IMG/VR virus record: IMGVR_UViG_3300045988_045189 | Location: 1-43,359 of that record | Strand: one strand, 5' to 3' | DNA: 43,359 bases | From: a virus | Shown: piece by piece, positions 42,295 through 43,359 of the stretch | Numbering within the stretch: the stretch's first letter is position 1 | Layout of the letters: the number at the start of each line of letters is the position of its first letter | The notes under the pieces: generated by a model | The model's input: the letters and a program-made list of their open reading frames with translations, nothing else | What the model was told of the DNA's origin: nothing | The model's database searches: none | Program-made: the position numbers and the translations under genes

Positions 42295-42522
42295 TTATCC
42301 AGCTTCGGCTTCGATTTGTTTGATAGGGATTTCTCTGTAAAAATCCCCGTTTTTGATGTGGTTCAACTCATGGATCAGGCTGTCCCTGTTCTGCTGGCGG
42401 CTCAAGCGGCTGTTGAGAAGAATGGTATATGTACCGTCCTCGTTCAGCAGGATCACGCCGCCGCAGGAACAAACAGGAAAATCCACAAATTTAATGAAGT
42501 AATCCGCGTTTTCAAGAATCAT
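42295..42522 (-). CDS. Minimal ImmA/IrrE-like metallopeptidase (75 aa, HELNH)
   Basis: YTILLNSRLSRQQNRDSLIHELNHIKNGD. Overlaps the repressor gene by 11 nt. Confidence 0.75.
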   Translation of the reverse strand: MILENADYFIKFVDFPVCSCGGVILLNEDGTYTILLNSRLSRQQNRDSLIHELNHIKNGDFYREIPIKQIEAEAG

Positions 42523-42844
42523 TTTTCAATCCTTTAATGAATACAGACATCATGCGCTTCTGCTCCTCCGTCATGGTACGGTAGGAATGCAGGAGCGCTT
42601 TTTCTTCGTCTTTCAGGGCTTGCAGGGTATCGACCGGTGTTTCTTCTTTGCCGAGAAGGTAAGAAACGGATACGCCAAAATACTCAGCAATCTTTTCCAG
42701 CTTTGGGGCAGAAAGCGATTTGACCCGGCCCATTTTTAATTCTGTCATTGTGTTTGGGCCAATGCCCACTTCGCGGCACATCTGTGCTGCCTTGATGCCC
42801 TTACTATCGCAAAGGGAGGCTATTCTGTTGTACAACATCACCAA
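42512..42844 (-). CDS. CI-like XRE-family repressor (110 aa)
   Basis: XRE HTH (IKAAQMCREVGIGPNTMTELKMG) plus a C-terminal extension. Divergent from the cro-like gene. TTG, GTG and ATG start options at 42844, 42841 and 42838 after AAAGGAG. Confidence 0.85.
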   Translation of the reverse strand: MVMLYNRIASLCDSKGIKAAQMCREVGIGPNTMTELKMGRVKSLSAPKLEKIAEYFGVSVSYLLGKEETPVDTLQALKDEEKALLHSYRTMTEEQKRMMSVFIKGLKNDS

Positions 42845-42901
42845 ATTCGGTACACTCCTTTTGTGCGCAACTACAAATTACCGAATCCTGTGATTTACCT
42901 C

Positions 42902-42930
42902 TTGAAAATTACCGATTTTGGTGTTAATAT
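42902..42930 (+). promoter_or_regulatory. Candidate lytic (cro-side) promoter: TTGAAA - 17 nt - TGtTAATAT (extended -10)
   Basis: Read directly. An operator half-site (42909-16) sits in the spacer. Confidence 0.55.
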
Positions 42931-42980
42931 CAAGATGCAATCACCGAACGAGGTATTACGCAGGATTTGTGGTTATATCT

Positions 42981-43009
42981 ATTGTAATACCTATTTCGGT
43001 AATTGTCAA
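42981..43009 (-). promoter_or_regulatory. Candidate lysogenic (repressor-side) promoter: TTGACA - 17 nt - TACAAT
   Basis: Reverse complement of 43004-09 = TTGACA and of 42981-86 = TACAAT. An operator half-site (42995-43002) sits in the spacer. Confidence 0.6.
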
Positions 43010-43038
43010 CTACACAATATTGGGGGTGAACACCGAAA

Positions 43039-43245
43039 ATGGTACAACTCAATGATTTCGGCATCGCTGTGAAGAAACGGTTGATCGATCTCAACCGAAA
43101 TCAGGCGTGGCTCATTGAGCAGGTGCAAGCGGGTGAGACGGGTAAGTACTTTGACAGCGCCTATCTGCAAAAACTCATGACCGGCAGAGCGACAAGCGCC
43201 CCGATGGTCAAAGAGATTCAAAGGATTCTGTGGCAGGAACGCTAA
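43039..43245 (+). CDS. Cro-like small HTH early regulator (68 aa)
   Basis: Divergent from the repressor. GGGGGTGA ribosome-binding site. HTH-like LNRNQAWLIEQVQAGETG. Confidence 0.7.
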   Translation: MVQLNDFGIAVKKRLIDLNRNQAWLIEQVQAGETGKYFDSAYLQKLMTGRATSAPMVKEIQRILWQER

Positions 43246-43292
43246 AAAACAGCCCGCGCGACGGCGGGCAGGAAAGGAGGTGAGAGGAAGTG
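43245..43292. repeat. Copy A of the ~45-nt hairpin + Shine-Dalgarno element (continues into the terminal repeat; equivalent to nt 1..32)
   Basis: aaaaacagcccgcgcgacggcgggcaggaaaggaggtgagaggaagtg. On the minus strand it reads as GCCCGC/GCGGGC hairpin + TGTTTTTT. Confidence 0.8.
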
Positions 43293-43359
43293 AGCGAAGC
43301 CAACAAGGCCGCGTTCAACATCCAGATGCTGGAATGTCTGCTGCACTATCATGAAAGGA
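43261..43359. repeat. Terminal direct repeat, copy 2 (identical to 1..99)
   Basis: Read directly. Confidence 0.95.

Larger units (their letters stand above)
42845..43038. promoter_or_regulatory. Immunity switch region with six ACCGA(A/T) operator half-sites
   Basis: Plus orientation: 42878-85 TTACCGAA, 42909-16 TTACCGAT, 42941-48 TCACCGAA, 43030-37 ACACCGAA. Minus orientation: 42846-52 and 42995-43002. Confidence 0.7.
1..43359. mobile_element. Complete temperate tailed-phage genome, circularly closed; unique length 43,260 bp; podovirus-like structural gene content
   Basis: Terminal 99-nt identity. Full set of lysogeny, recombination, packaging, head, fibre and lysis genes. Integrase lies next to a tRNA-like attP core. 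Confidence 0.85.

Noticed and set aside
42863-43072. ORF 42863..43072(+) and ORF 43006..43221(-) in or around the switch region
   Set aside because: They span promoters and operators or overlap the cro-like gene in antisense. They have no ribosome-binding site, and the sequence is better explained as regulatory DNA.
1-43359. Stop-codon reassignment (TAG/TGA recoding), as seen in some gut phages
   Set aside because: All large late genes, including the 9.4-kb ORF, are open in the standard code and end at normal stops with tight gene packing. No fragmented late genes were seen.

Overview
The window is a complete, circularly closed genome of a temperate tailed phage. The first 99 nt are identical to the last 99 nt, so the unique length is 43,260 bp. 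The host is probably a GC-rich Gram-positive (Clostridia-like) bacterium, judged from AGGAGG-type ribosome-binding sites, an XRE/ImmA switch, an LL-H-type holin, a GH25-CHAP endolysin and a Prp protease. Gene order on the circle: a minus-strand lysogeny module (39.05-42.85 kb) holds attP with a tRNA-Lys-like fragment, a tyrosine integrase, an NYN-domain moron, a second XRE, two lipoproteins, an ImmA-like peptidase and a CI-like repressor. Next comes the switch region (42.85-43.04 kb), then a plus-strand early region (43.04 kb -> 12.0 kb). The early region encodes a Cro-like protein, small ORFs, two minus-strand cassettes, a Sak3/DUF1071 annealing protein, a YqaJ exonuclease, a NinB-like protein, SSB, a G39P-like loader domain, RusA and a 630-aa C5-methyltransferase with 7 tandem repeats. 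The late region (12.3-39.05 kb) encodes TerS, TerL, portal, a phage-encoded Prp protease, scaffold, major capsid protein, tail and fibre genes, a 3,133-aa giant ORF and a lysis cassette. No tail tube, sheath or classical tape-measure set is visible, which suggests podovirus-like gene content. The items most worth follow-up are the giant HExxH-containing polyvalent-type virion protein with a low-GC inserted module, the NYN moron with a consensus promoter and structured leader, and the multi-repeat methyltransferase. Also notable are a six-tract C5/G5 quadruplex-type array, duplicated hairpin elements closing two convergent antisense cassettes, face-to-face switch promoters, and the attP architecture. 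All functional calls rest on motif recognition by eye; no database search was run.
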